From the NCBI GenBank assembly GCA_965140585.1, contig OZ223269.1, positions 192,001 through 256,000 on the forward strand: 64,000 bases of DNA. Direction: 5' to 3'. How positions within the stretch are numbered: position 1 is the first letter of the stretch; the number at the start of each line of letters is the position of its first letter. The translations under genes were made by a program, and so were the position numbers. The notes beneath the pieces were generated by a model. The model worked only from the letters and a program-made list of their open reading frames with translations. It was not told where the DNA came from and searched no databases. This DNA is from Spirochaetia bacterium (lineage in GTDB: Bacteria > Spirochaetota > Spirochaetia > UBA9216). Shown here in pieces: positions 29,069 to 36,933 of the stretch.

Positions 29069-30091
29069 ATGAAAAGGAAAGTATTTCTAGTTATCTTAGC
29101 AGTATTAATCAGTGTTTCATTTGCCTATGCAAATGGAGACCAGGAAGGCGGCGGACATGTAGTTTTCCACCTTAACCATTTTATGCCGGCCGTTCACCCG
29201 CTGAATGTAAATATGCTTGAACCGATGGCAGCAGAAGTAAAAGAGAAGACTGAAGGACGTGTTGAAATAGTTGTTCATCCAGGAAATGCTCTTGCGGCCC
29301 CCGGTGATACATATGATGCTGTTGTTAGCGGCGTAGCTGGAATGGGATTTGTACTTCCAGCATATACACCCGGACGTTTCCCAATGTCTCAAATTCTTGA
29401 ATATCCATTTATGTTCAATTCATCTCTTCAGGCAAACCTGACTGCAGCTGAAATGATACCGATGCTTCGTGAATATGAATATACTGACACCGAACTTCTC
29501 TGGTTCGGAGGTTCCGACCTGGGACATTTTCTGCTTAAGAAGGAAATCAAAACTCTTGATGATCTTAAAGGTGTAAAGCTTAGATCTCCCGGACCAATTT
29601 ATAATGACGTAATTGAAAAAATAGGCGGAGTAGAAGTAAGTCTTCCGGTAAGTGATCTTTATGACGCAATGGACAGAGGTATTGTTGATGGTACTGTAAT
29701 GGCTCCGAGTGCGCTGCTCTCTTTCAGACTCATGGAAGTTACCGATCAGATAGTAGAGCTTAATATGTACGCAACACCATTTATCTTTTTTGCAAACAAA
29801 GACCTTTGGGCAAAAGTTTCAGACGCCGACAAAAAAGTCATTATGGATATAGTTGCTACCTTCCCTGAAAGAATTGGAAAGCAGTACGATGAAGAAGTTG
29901 CACATGCAATGGGCCTGGCAAAAGAGAAGGGTAAGAATATTTATCAGCTCTCTGCAGCAGACATGGCTAAATTTCATTCAATCGTAGATCCGATGAAAGA
30001 AGGTTGGATCGAAGAGCTCGAAGCTGCCGGCAAACCCGGTAGAGAACTCTATAACCTCGCTGTTGAAGCAGCAAAAAAATACGAACAGTAG
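29069..30091 (+). CDS. dctP: TRAP transporter substrate-binding protein (DctP family)
   Basis: TEGRV...HPG, YTPGRFP, DLKGVKLR, YDAMDRGIVDG. Confidence 0.92.
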   Translation: MKRKVFLVILAVLISVSFAYANGDQEGGGHVVFHLNHFMPAVHPLNVNMLEPMAAEVKEKTEGRVEIVVHPGNALAAPGDTYDAVVSGVAGMGFVLPAYTPGRFPMSQILEYPFMFNSSLQANLTAAEMIPMLREYEYTDTELLWFGGSDLGHFLLKKEIKTLDDLKGVKLRSPGPIYNDVIEKIGGVEVSLPVSDLYDAMDRGIVDGTVMAPSALLSFRLMEVTDQIVELNMYATPFIFFANKDLWAKVSDADKKVIMDIVATFPERIGKQYDEEVAHAMGLAKEKGKNIYQLSAADMAKFHSIVDPMKEGWIEELEAAGKPGRELYNLAVEAAKKYEQ

Positions 30092-30115
30092 AATATTAAT
30101 TCTAACAACTATTCC

Positions 30116-30145
30116 GGTTCCTGAAAAATTCTCTTTTCAGGGACC
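30116..30145 (+). other. Intergenic stem-loop after dctP (mRNA stabiliser or attenuator)
   Basis: GGTTCCTGAAAA/TTTTCAGGGACC stem. Confidence 0.55.
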
Positions 30146-30168
30146 CTCATTTTTTGATTGAGGTGGTC

Positions 30169-30675
30169 ATGATGAATTTGATCAAGAAAATTGTGGACAT
30201 AATCTGTAACATTGCCAGCAAGCTCGGGATGGCGGCCATTTTCATTCTGCTGTTCCTTACTGTCGGCGATGTGGCAGGAAGGTTTTTATTTACACATCCA
30301 ATCCCGGGAACTTTTGAAATTACAAAGATCCTGTTTGCATTATCAGTGTTCTTCTCGTTCTCTGTTTCCCAGTATAATGGAGAGAATCTTGGAATTACCC
30401 TGATATATGACAAATTTCCGGTTAAAGTCCAGGGCATACTCGATTTTATCGGTTCCGCCCTGAGTATCGGTATGTTTTCAGTCGCTTTTGTTCAGACTAT
30501 TAAATACGCAGGACGTATGAAGGCTTCTCATACTATTACCAGTGTACTGCGCTGGCCGATGCACCCATGGATCTATATAGCTTCAATCGGGCTCATCGTA
30601 CTTGTAGTCGCCCTTGTCTGGGATTTGCTTGTGTCCATCAAAGAAATGAAGGGAGAGAAAACTAATGAGTCCTGA
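30169..30675 (+). CDS. dctQ: TRAP small permease
   Basis: 4 TM helices, DVAGRFLFTHPIPGTFEI; GAGGTG SD before the ATG at 30169. Confidence 0.9.
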   Translation: MMNLIKKIVDIICNIASKLGMAAIFILLFLTVGDVAGRFLFTHPIPGTFEITKILFALSVFFSFSVSQYNGENLGITLIYDKFPVKVQGILDFIGSALSIGMFSVAFVQTIKYAGRMKASHTITSVLRWPMHPWIYIASIGLIVLVVALVWDLLVSIKEMKGEKTNES

Positions 30676-31960
30676 AACACTTGGTTTGCTTGGAGTAATA
30701 GTTCTCCTTGTCCTAATTATGTTTAAAGTCCCCATCGGATTCTCAATGCTGCTTGTAGGCGTTGTAGGATACGGTGTCGTTATCGGTCCAACAGCCGCTC
30801 TGGCCAAACTGGGTACCGATCTGTTTAATAATGCGCACAATTACAGTCTGAGTGTAATTCCCATGTTTACTCTTATGGGTATGTTTATAGGCAGTGCAGG
30901 TCTAGGTAAAGAGATGTTTCAGGCTTTTAATGCCTGGTTCGGACATATCCGCGGAGGCCTTGCCATTGCTGCTATCATTACCTGTGCGGCTTTTGCTGCG
31001 GTTTCCGGATCAGTAATTGCAACTACTGCGACTATTGCCGTAATCGCTGTCCCTGAAATGCGCAGGATGAAATATGCGGATAGTCTTGCTGCCGGAAGCG
31101 TTGCTTCAGGAAGTACGCTTGGAATCCTTATTCCGCCCAGTTCAGTACTAATTATCTATGGTGTTTTGACAGAAGAATCTATTGGACAGCTGCTCATTGC
31201 GGGAGTTGTTCCCGGTATTATGACGGCAATATTGATGGCTATTACAGCTTACATCATGGTTCGGGTAAAACCGGAACTGGCTCCGGGCGCAGAAAAAACC
31301 CCGATGAAAGAGCGTTTCAAATCACTGCTTCCTATCTGGCCCATCCCTTTGATCTTTTTGTTCACAATGGGCGGTATCTATTTCGGCGTTTTTACACCAA
31401 CCGAAGGCGGTGCTATGGGAGCTTTTCTATCTCTTGTATTCAGCCTTTTGACACGTAAAATGAATATAAAGGCTTTTCTCTCAGCTCTTTATGATACCGT
31501 TAAGGTAAGCGGAATGCTTATGGTTATTGTTATCGGTGGAATAATTTTCGGTAACTTTATTTCCGTTTCAAGAATACCCGGTTATCTTGCAATACACATG
31601 GCTGAAATGCCGCCTGTTGCGCTGCTTGCAACAATCTTTGCCGCCTACTTTGTTTCCGGTTTCTTTATGGATGCTATGGCAACTCTTGTCATCTTTACAA
31701 GTCTGTTTTACCCGCTGATTATAAACGCCGGTTATGACGGTATCTGGTATGGAATTATAACCATTTTAATGATTCTTATCGGATTCCTGACTCCGCCTGT
31801 AGGTGTTGTCAGTGTTGTTACCTCGGGTATTACTAAAATTAAGCTGGAGACCGTTTTTAAAGGGACCATTCCGTTCTGGTTTGCCCTGATAGCTTCAACT
31901 GTTATACTGATGGTGTTTCCTAAAATTGCAACATTCCTGCCGAGTTTTATGGCCGGCTGA
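30665..31960 (+). CDS. dctM: TRAP large permease
   Basis: FAAVSGS, LGILIPPS, GVFTPTE, LTPPVG. Confidence 0.94.
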   Translation: MSPETLGLLGVIVLLVLIMFKVPIGFSMLLVGVVGYGVVIGPTAALAKLGTDLFNNAHNYSLSVIPMFTLMGMFIGSAGLGKEMFQAFNAWFGHIRGGLAIAAIITCAAFAAVSGSVIATTATIAVIAVPEMRRMKYADSLAAGSVASGSTLGILIPPSSVLIIYGVLTEESIGQLLIAGVVPGIMTAILMAITAYIMVRVKPELAPGAEKTPMKERFKSLLPIWPIPLIFLFTMGGIYFGVFTPTEGGAMGAFLSLVFSLLTRKMNIKAFLSALYDTVKVSGMLMVIVIGGIIFGNFISVSRIPGYLAIHMAEMPPVALLATIFAAYFVSGFFMDAMATLVIFTSLFYPLIINAGYDGIWYGIITILMILIGFLTPPVGVVSVVTSGITKIKLETVFKGTIPFWFALIASTVILMVFPKIATFLPSFMAG

Positions 31961-31976
31961 TCGTACAAAGTATAAT

Positions 31977-32018
31977 AAAAAACCCTTGATAATCAGTTTG
32001 ATTTCAAGGGTTTTTTTT
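31977..32018. terminator. Bidirectional terminator
   Basis: AAAAAACCCTTGA...TCAAGGGTTTTTTT between convergent genes. Confidence 0.85.
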
Positions 32019-32030
32019 GCGGCAGAATAT

Positions 32031-32624
32031 CTAAAACTTGAAAACGGGTGTCAGTTTTCTAAACATTCTGTCCATACGTTCTACGAGGTCGTATCCTGCG
32101 TCATGAACACACCAGTCAAAAACTATACCCCTGCTGACAATAAAAAGATAAACCGCAGTATCTCTCGAGCTCATATCCGAATTTAATTCATTATTTTCCT
32201 GCCCCTTTGCAACAAGCTCAAAGAGATAGGTTATCATATATCTGTCTTCATCGATAAAGAGCTTATTTTTGGCATTGTATACCTGTGAGGTATTTTCAAA
32301 TTTCTGTTTGGTCTGATATTCTGCGTAATATTTAAAGAAGATTATAATCTTTTCCCATGTATCTGCAGTAAGATTGTCCAGGGCAGGTGTAACTACTTCT
32401 ATGAAATATTCATCTGCCTTACGATATAATTCATAAAAGACATCTTCTTTAGACTGATAATAATGGTAAAAAGTACCGACGGAAACTCCTGCTTTTTCAC
32501 AGATATCTTCGATCGTCATGTTGTTGAAACCATTTTTTTCCATTAATTCTATAGCTACATCGAATATCTTTTTTCTTGTTCTGTTTGCCTGGATCTTGCG
32601 CTTAGTTAATTTTTTTTCTGACAT
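32031..32624 (-). CDS. TetR/AcrR-family regulator
   Basis: GFNNMTIEDICEKAGVSVGTFYHYYQSKEDV. Confidence 0.95.
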   Translation of the reverse strand: MSEKKLTKRKIQANRTRKKIFDVAIELMEKNGFNNMTIEDICEKAGVSVGTFYHYYQSKEDVFYELYRKADEYFIEVVTPALDNLTADTWEKIIIFFKYYAEYQTKQKFENTSQVYNAKNKLFIDEDRYMITYLFELVAKGQENNELNSDMSSRDTAVYLFIVSRGIVFDWCVHDAGYDLVERMDRMFRKLTPVFKF

Positions 32625-32688
32625 TTTACACCCGTATTGAACAAATGATTATTCGATTATATCACAGGTTCGTCCTGCGGTAAAAACA

Positions 32689-32704
32689 AATGAATCAATT
32701 CATT
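32689..32704. promoter_or_regulatory. Palindrome upstream of tetR (candidate operator)
   Basis: AATGAAT-CA-ATTCATT, same geometry as the TRAP promoter sites. Confidence 0.45.
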
Positions 32705-32719
32705 GTAGTTAATTCGGTG

Positions 32720-32755
32720 AAAAAAAAGCAGACCGGAATATTCTTCCGATCTGCT
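32720..32755 (-). terminator. Intrinsic terminator of the envelope operon
   Basis: AGCAGA.CGGAA...TTCCG.TCTGCT stem with an A8 run on the left. Confidence 0.75.
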
Positions 32756-32776
32756 GAAATTGATAATGATTTGATT

Positions 32777-34273
32777 TTAAAAAAGTGAAGCTACATCAGA
32801 AATTGATGAAACTCCATAATCACCGGAAATATAAAGAGTATTTCCTTCCCATTCCAGACAGGTAATTCCAACATAATCACCGGAAAGATAATCTGTTACA
32901 GGCAGTGCGCTGTTGAATGGTACTGTGGCAGTATTATATACCGAAGAGTTCAAATCAATAATTATTAGTTCAAGAGGGGTGACACAGGCCAGATAGGTTC
33001 CCAAACCGCTTACAGTCATCATTGTAACTTTTTTTTCATCGGCTGCAATTTGCTTTTGATTCTCCAGTGCTTCGTCTGTACCGACATCTGCGGTCCATAT
33101 TCCGTCACTTGTTCCGAAATACAGAATCCCGGCAGCTTCCTCTATCGAGTATATCCGTTCTTCATACATTGTTGCTTCGGTTGATACAGGCGGCTTTGGA
33201 AAATAGTCTGAATAAGTTTCAGTATTAGAAGGTCCATTTTTATAACTAACATTAACCCTGTAGTTTCCGGCTTTTGAAAGGAAATATACCCATCCATTCG
33301 AGCCGTCAATATCGACTACCAGCATATCCCTGACAAGTCTGCCTTCAAGTGTAACGCCAGGATCAGATACAAGATCGCTGAGATCGACACTGCTCCAGTA
33401 GGCACTGCCGTCTGAATAATCGTAATAATTTATCATCATTCCAGCATCAAGCTGCGAAATGAAGACTTCATGTGTATCCGGAGCCAAATCAAAAATATTG
33501 GTATCTATGACAGAAAATGTTGAAGAGCTAATCAGGGTTGAGTTGATACCATCTGAAAATGATGTATGCATGGAATCAGCGGCTGTATCATAGGCAATAA
33601 TTCCGTTTCTGGTTCCGGCTGAAGATGTGTCAGAACTAATAAAGATGGAGGGTCTGCTGCCGGAGCTTAAATCCGTATTATAGAAAAGTCCTTCAGCTAT
33701 GGAGTTCAAAGAATATCCTGACGGCAGGGACGCAGGCGTACCTGTATTTGAATAAAGCGTAGCAGAATCAGCAGCATATAGAGTTGAATCAGTGTATACA
33801 ACCCCAACCATATTTTTGCCGGTCATGGCTGTTATCTGCGATGCAACTGCCGTTTTTGCTGTCAAGGCTCCACTAGAACTTCCTGTGCCTGCAACATATA
33901 CCGGTGCAGCACTGTTAGCTGTCTGTAAGGCGGTAAATAATCCCTCGCTGTCTTTTGTACCGATTGTAACGTATACATCGTAGCTGATTCCGGCTGGAAT
34001 CCCGTCGATTGTAAATGAGGCACCCTCTGCTGTATCAGTAATGACTGTTTCAAAATAATCAACCGATTCTTCGACAGGATTAAGATCATAGAAACTGTTC
34101 ATACCATCAGGCACAATCCACACTCTAGCTGTGTCTGCTGAAGAGCTTACGGCTTTTTCAAGGACTGATGAGAAATCCATTGAAATACTTCCTGAAGCAG
34201 TGCTCATTACTTCACAGGAAAATAAGGCGGCAAGAACTGCTGCGGTAATTATTAAAAAATTTATTTTTTTCAT
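32777..34273 (-). CDS. Ser/Thr/Asp-rich lipoprotein, probable C-terminal beta-propeller
   Basis: Lipobox LFSC; blade-like motifs LYAAD, LYFGTSDGIW, LYISGDYGV. Confidence 0.7.
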   Translation of the reverse strand: MKKINFLIITAAVLAALFSCEVMSTASGSISMDFSSVLEKAVSSSADTARVWIVPDGMNSFYDLNPVEESVDYFETVITDTAEGASFTIDGIPAGISYDVYVTIGTKDSEGLFTALQTANSAAPVYVAGTGSSSGALTAKTAVASQITAMTGKNMVGVVYTDSTLYAADSATLYSNTGTPASLPSGYSLNSIAEGLFYNTDLSSGSRPSIFISSDTSSAGTRNGIIAYDTAADSMHTSFSDGINSTLISSSTFSVIDTNIFDLAPDTHEVFISQLDAGMMINYYDYSDGSAYWSSVDLSDLVSDPGVTLEGRLVRDMLVVDIDGSNGWVYFLSKAGNYRVNVSYKNGPSNTETYSDYFPKPPVSTEATMYEERIYSIEEAAGILYFGTSDGIWTADVGTDEALENQKQIAADEKKVTMMTVSGLGTYLACVTPLELIIIDLNSSVYNTATVPFNSALPVTDYLSGDYVGITCLEWEGNTLYISGDYGVSSISDVASLF

Positions 34274-34284
34274 TCTATGCCTCC

Positions 34285-34950
34285 TTACTCTATTATTATC
34301 TCAAGCGAGCCGTATGACGAATAGCTGTAGCTGCCCATTGGACCGGACGGACCGCCGTTTTCGGTTTTGACCGTGCTTCCGTCAGTTGACGAGTCCTCTC
34401 GCTTTTCATCGGCGGGGTCAGTAGCTCTGCCGTCCCTGCCCATTCGGCTTTTTTCATTTGCCTGTACAAGCATTTCACGGGCCAGAGCCTGACCAATCAG
34501 TGCTACGGCTCCACGGTTAACGATAAGCTTTCTTCCATCGAATGTGAAATTGGTTCCTCTAACTGCAGCTGTTGATGACGGGCTCCTAAGTCTGAAATTA
34601 TGAGTAAGGCCGGTATCACGTTTTACTTCTGCGTTTACCTTTCCAACACGCAGAAACAGGCCGGTAGTCTGATTGCCTCCCTGCTGCATCAGTTCTTCAA
34701 GTTCAATTCTTGTAAGTGCATCAATTGTCAAAACAGATTCACCGGCTTCTATCACTGCAGAAGACCTGAAACCTGTGGAAATTGTCGAACCTTCCGGTAT
34801 GACATCACCTGGTGATGCTTTAACCCAGCTGCTGCTTCCGGGCTTCATAAGTTCTACTTTTCCTTTAGTTTCCTTCACAACTGCATTTGAAGCAGAAAAA
34901 ACCGGAACACTGATAAGGAAAATTAAAAATAATAATACGGTTTTTTTCAT
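34285..34950 (-). CDS. Periplasmic FecR-domain protein
   Basis: AGGAGG SD, signal peptide, KGKVE...W...GD.I...ISTG..S, FRLRSPSSTAAVRGTNF. Confidence 0.88.
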   Translation of the reverse strand: MKKTVLLFLIFLISVPVFSASNAVVKETKGKVELMKPGSSSWVKASPGDVIPEGSTISTGFRSSAVIEAGESVLTIDALTRIELEELMQQGGNQTTGLFLRVGKVNAEVKRDTGLTHNFRLRSPSSTAAVRGTNFTFDGRKLIVNRGAVALIGQALAREMLVQANEKSRMGRDGRATDPADEKREDSSTDGSTVKTENGGPSGPMGSYSYSSYGSLEIIIE

Positions 34951-35004
34951 AGTTTTGTCCTCCTGAACATTTAACCATGCAAAATGTCTGGTACTGAACT
35001 TCAA

Positions 35005-36417
35005 TTAGTAGCTGACCGATACGGTCAGACGGGCCAGAAATACAGCGCTTGTATCAAACTCTGAACCTTCGGCAAATGCATCCGATGCAGGCAGGAACAG
35101 TCCTGTCTGCAGAATACCGCCAAGATCAGAAAACGGCCTGAAGTTCATAGTTAAGTCTATCTCAGTACCCAGGTAATTTCCGGTAATATCAGGATTTATC
35201 CCGTTGTAGAGCAGCGGTGCATCAGTGCCGGCAAGGAAGAACGGTGCAGCCTTAAGCACTATCTGGGCAGAATCAATATATGAAAGGCTGCTTGATGACA
35301 GCGGTTTTATTGAGTAGCTGAGGGCGGTTGAAATAATATTTGAAACTCCCGGATTGAACACAAGAGCGGTATTAACCGGGGTTATTGGTGTGAACTGGGT
35401 GTAGTTACCCGATGTATTGCCTTCAAAATAACTGTCTGCATCTGAATCTCCGGTAGCAAAATTAAAACTCAGACTGATAACTGAATAGAGAATATCAGTC
35501 AGGTAATAATCTATGCTCATTCCCGTCATATGTGAAAAAATATCAGTGTATTGATACGAAAAGCCCGTTTCACTTTCGGAATCGGAAAGATATGAAAGGC
35601 TGCGACCGGTTCCGAAGTAGTAATATGCACTGTAATACAATGAATCTATTACAGGTCCGGATAAGCCGATTCCCGCATACTGAGTATCAACCGCACCGCC
35701 TCTGTTTGCGTAGAAAGTTTCTTCTCCTTCCTGCAGCAGAGCCGGTATATAATCAGATGAATAGGAGCCTATTGTATCCTGAAGACCTCTCAGATCCTCC
35801 TGTAAAATCAGGCTGAAAAAAAGGCTCTGCCTGGCAAACAGCTGTGGAACATTGACTGATATCATTTCTACGGCCCTTGGGCTTTGCAGCAGATTACCGC
35901 TTTCATAACTTGCTGTGTCTGTTTTAGAAAGTATTGTGAGCGGCGATGTCGTGAGAAGGCTTCCCGTCTTGTTGAAAAAGAGACCTGTATAACCTGCAGT
36001 CATCGACAATTCAACTTCAGGATAACTGAAGCTTACCGAGGCACCGTCAAGCTTCTGGTTTATTACCCTGGAGCTGAAATCCGAAGCGGTAAACCTTCCG
36101 ATTGTCGTGTTTAGAAGGTCGGGTCCGTAATCAGCATTTTTATAAACAGAAGTAAGTTTAAGATAATCCGGGCTGATATAGAAACCAATTGGTGTAGCTG
36201 AAAAAATAAAATCAAGCTTGGTTTCAAATGCCAGGTGTTCACCCCTGCCTGATTCAAACCAGAGCCCCAATGCCTCTTCATTCTGAAACCTGCCGTCGCC
36301 GGCCGTTGAATACGAGGTGGAGGAGGCCAGTGAGCCGCCGAAATCTACAGCTGATACTGTTGATAGGGGAAGGCTGATCACCATTACTGTAAAAATAAAT
36401 ATCTTTAACTTTTTCAC
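35005..36417 (-). CDS. Predicted outer-membrane beta-barrel (alginate-export-like C-terminus)
   Basis: Signal peptide, FATGD...FTPIT, LGTEIDLTMNFRPFSDL...GLFLP..AF, and C-terminal RLTVSVSY. Confidence 0.7.
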   Translation of the reverse strand: MKKLKIFIFTVMVISLPLSTVSAVDFGGSLASSTSYSTAGDGRFQNEEALGLWFESGRGEHLAFETKLDFIFSATPIGFYISPDYLKLTSVYKNADYGPDLLNTTIGRFTASDFSSRVINQKLDGASVSFSYPEVELSMTAGYTGLFFNKTGSLLTTSPLTILSKTDTASYESGNLLQSPRAVEMISVNVPQLFARQSLFFSLILQEDLRGLQDTIGSYSSDYIPALLQEGEETFYANRGGAVDTQYAGIGLSGPVIDSLYYSAYYYFGTGRSLSYLSDSESETGFSYQYTDIFSHMTGMSIDYYLTDILYSVISLSFNFATGDSDADSYFEGNTSGNYTQFTPITPVNTALVFNPGVSNIISTALSYSIKPLSSSSLSYIDSAQIVLKAAPFFLAGTDAPLLYNGINPDITGNYLGTEIDLTMNFRPFSDLGGILQTGLFLPASDAFAEGSEFDTSAVFLARLTVSVSY

Positions 36418-36878
36418 TGTTCGGCCTCCTGCAGACTCAATAATTCTGAGAGCATGGTCAGGGCTTCCGTACCCCTGAGATTATTTCCCGGGTGGGCTTC
36501 AAAGTCTATGACGCCGAGATATGCAAGTTCACGCACAGCATATCTCGGCGAGGGAAACAGTCTGTACATAATTCCGCCCTTCATTTCAAGAGATTCCATC
36601 AGTATATAAGCGAACTCTCCAAGAGTTGCCGGCTGATCAGCAGTCTTTGAATTTTTATTTAAATCCCTGCTGCTGACAAGAGTGTAAGCTGCATCAATAT
36701 CTGCTTCATCATCAGCCATGCCTGTACCCAGTACGGCAAGATATGATGCTTCGCCATAGCTGATACTCTGTGATACAATAATGTTGTCGATGATTTCCGC
36801 TGATTGTGCATAAAGCTGAAATGCGGAAGACATAAATACCAGAAATACGATGCTTAGAAAAACTTTAAATTTTTGCAT
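36414..36878 (-). CDS. Exported protein with SLH-like motifs
   Basis: Signal peptide AQSA; PATLGEFAYIL and RYAVRELAYLGVI...PGNNLRGTEALTML. Confidence 0.6.
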   Translation of the reverse strand: MQKFKVFLSIVFLVFMSSAFQLYAQSAEIIDNIIVSQSISYGEASYLAVLGTGMADDEADIDAAYTLVSSRDLNKNSKTADQPATLGEFAYILMESLEMKGGIMYRLFPSPRYAVRELAYLGVIDFEAHPGNNLRGTEALTMLSELLSLQEAEQ

Positions 36879-36933
36879 ACCTTTTCTCCATTATATGCAT
36901 TATACTACTAGGAAATTGTAGCCCCTGCAATCA

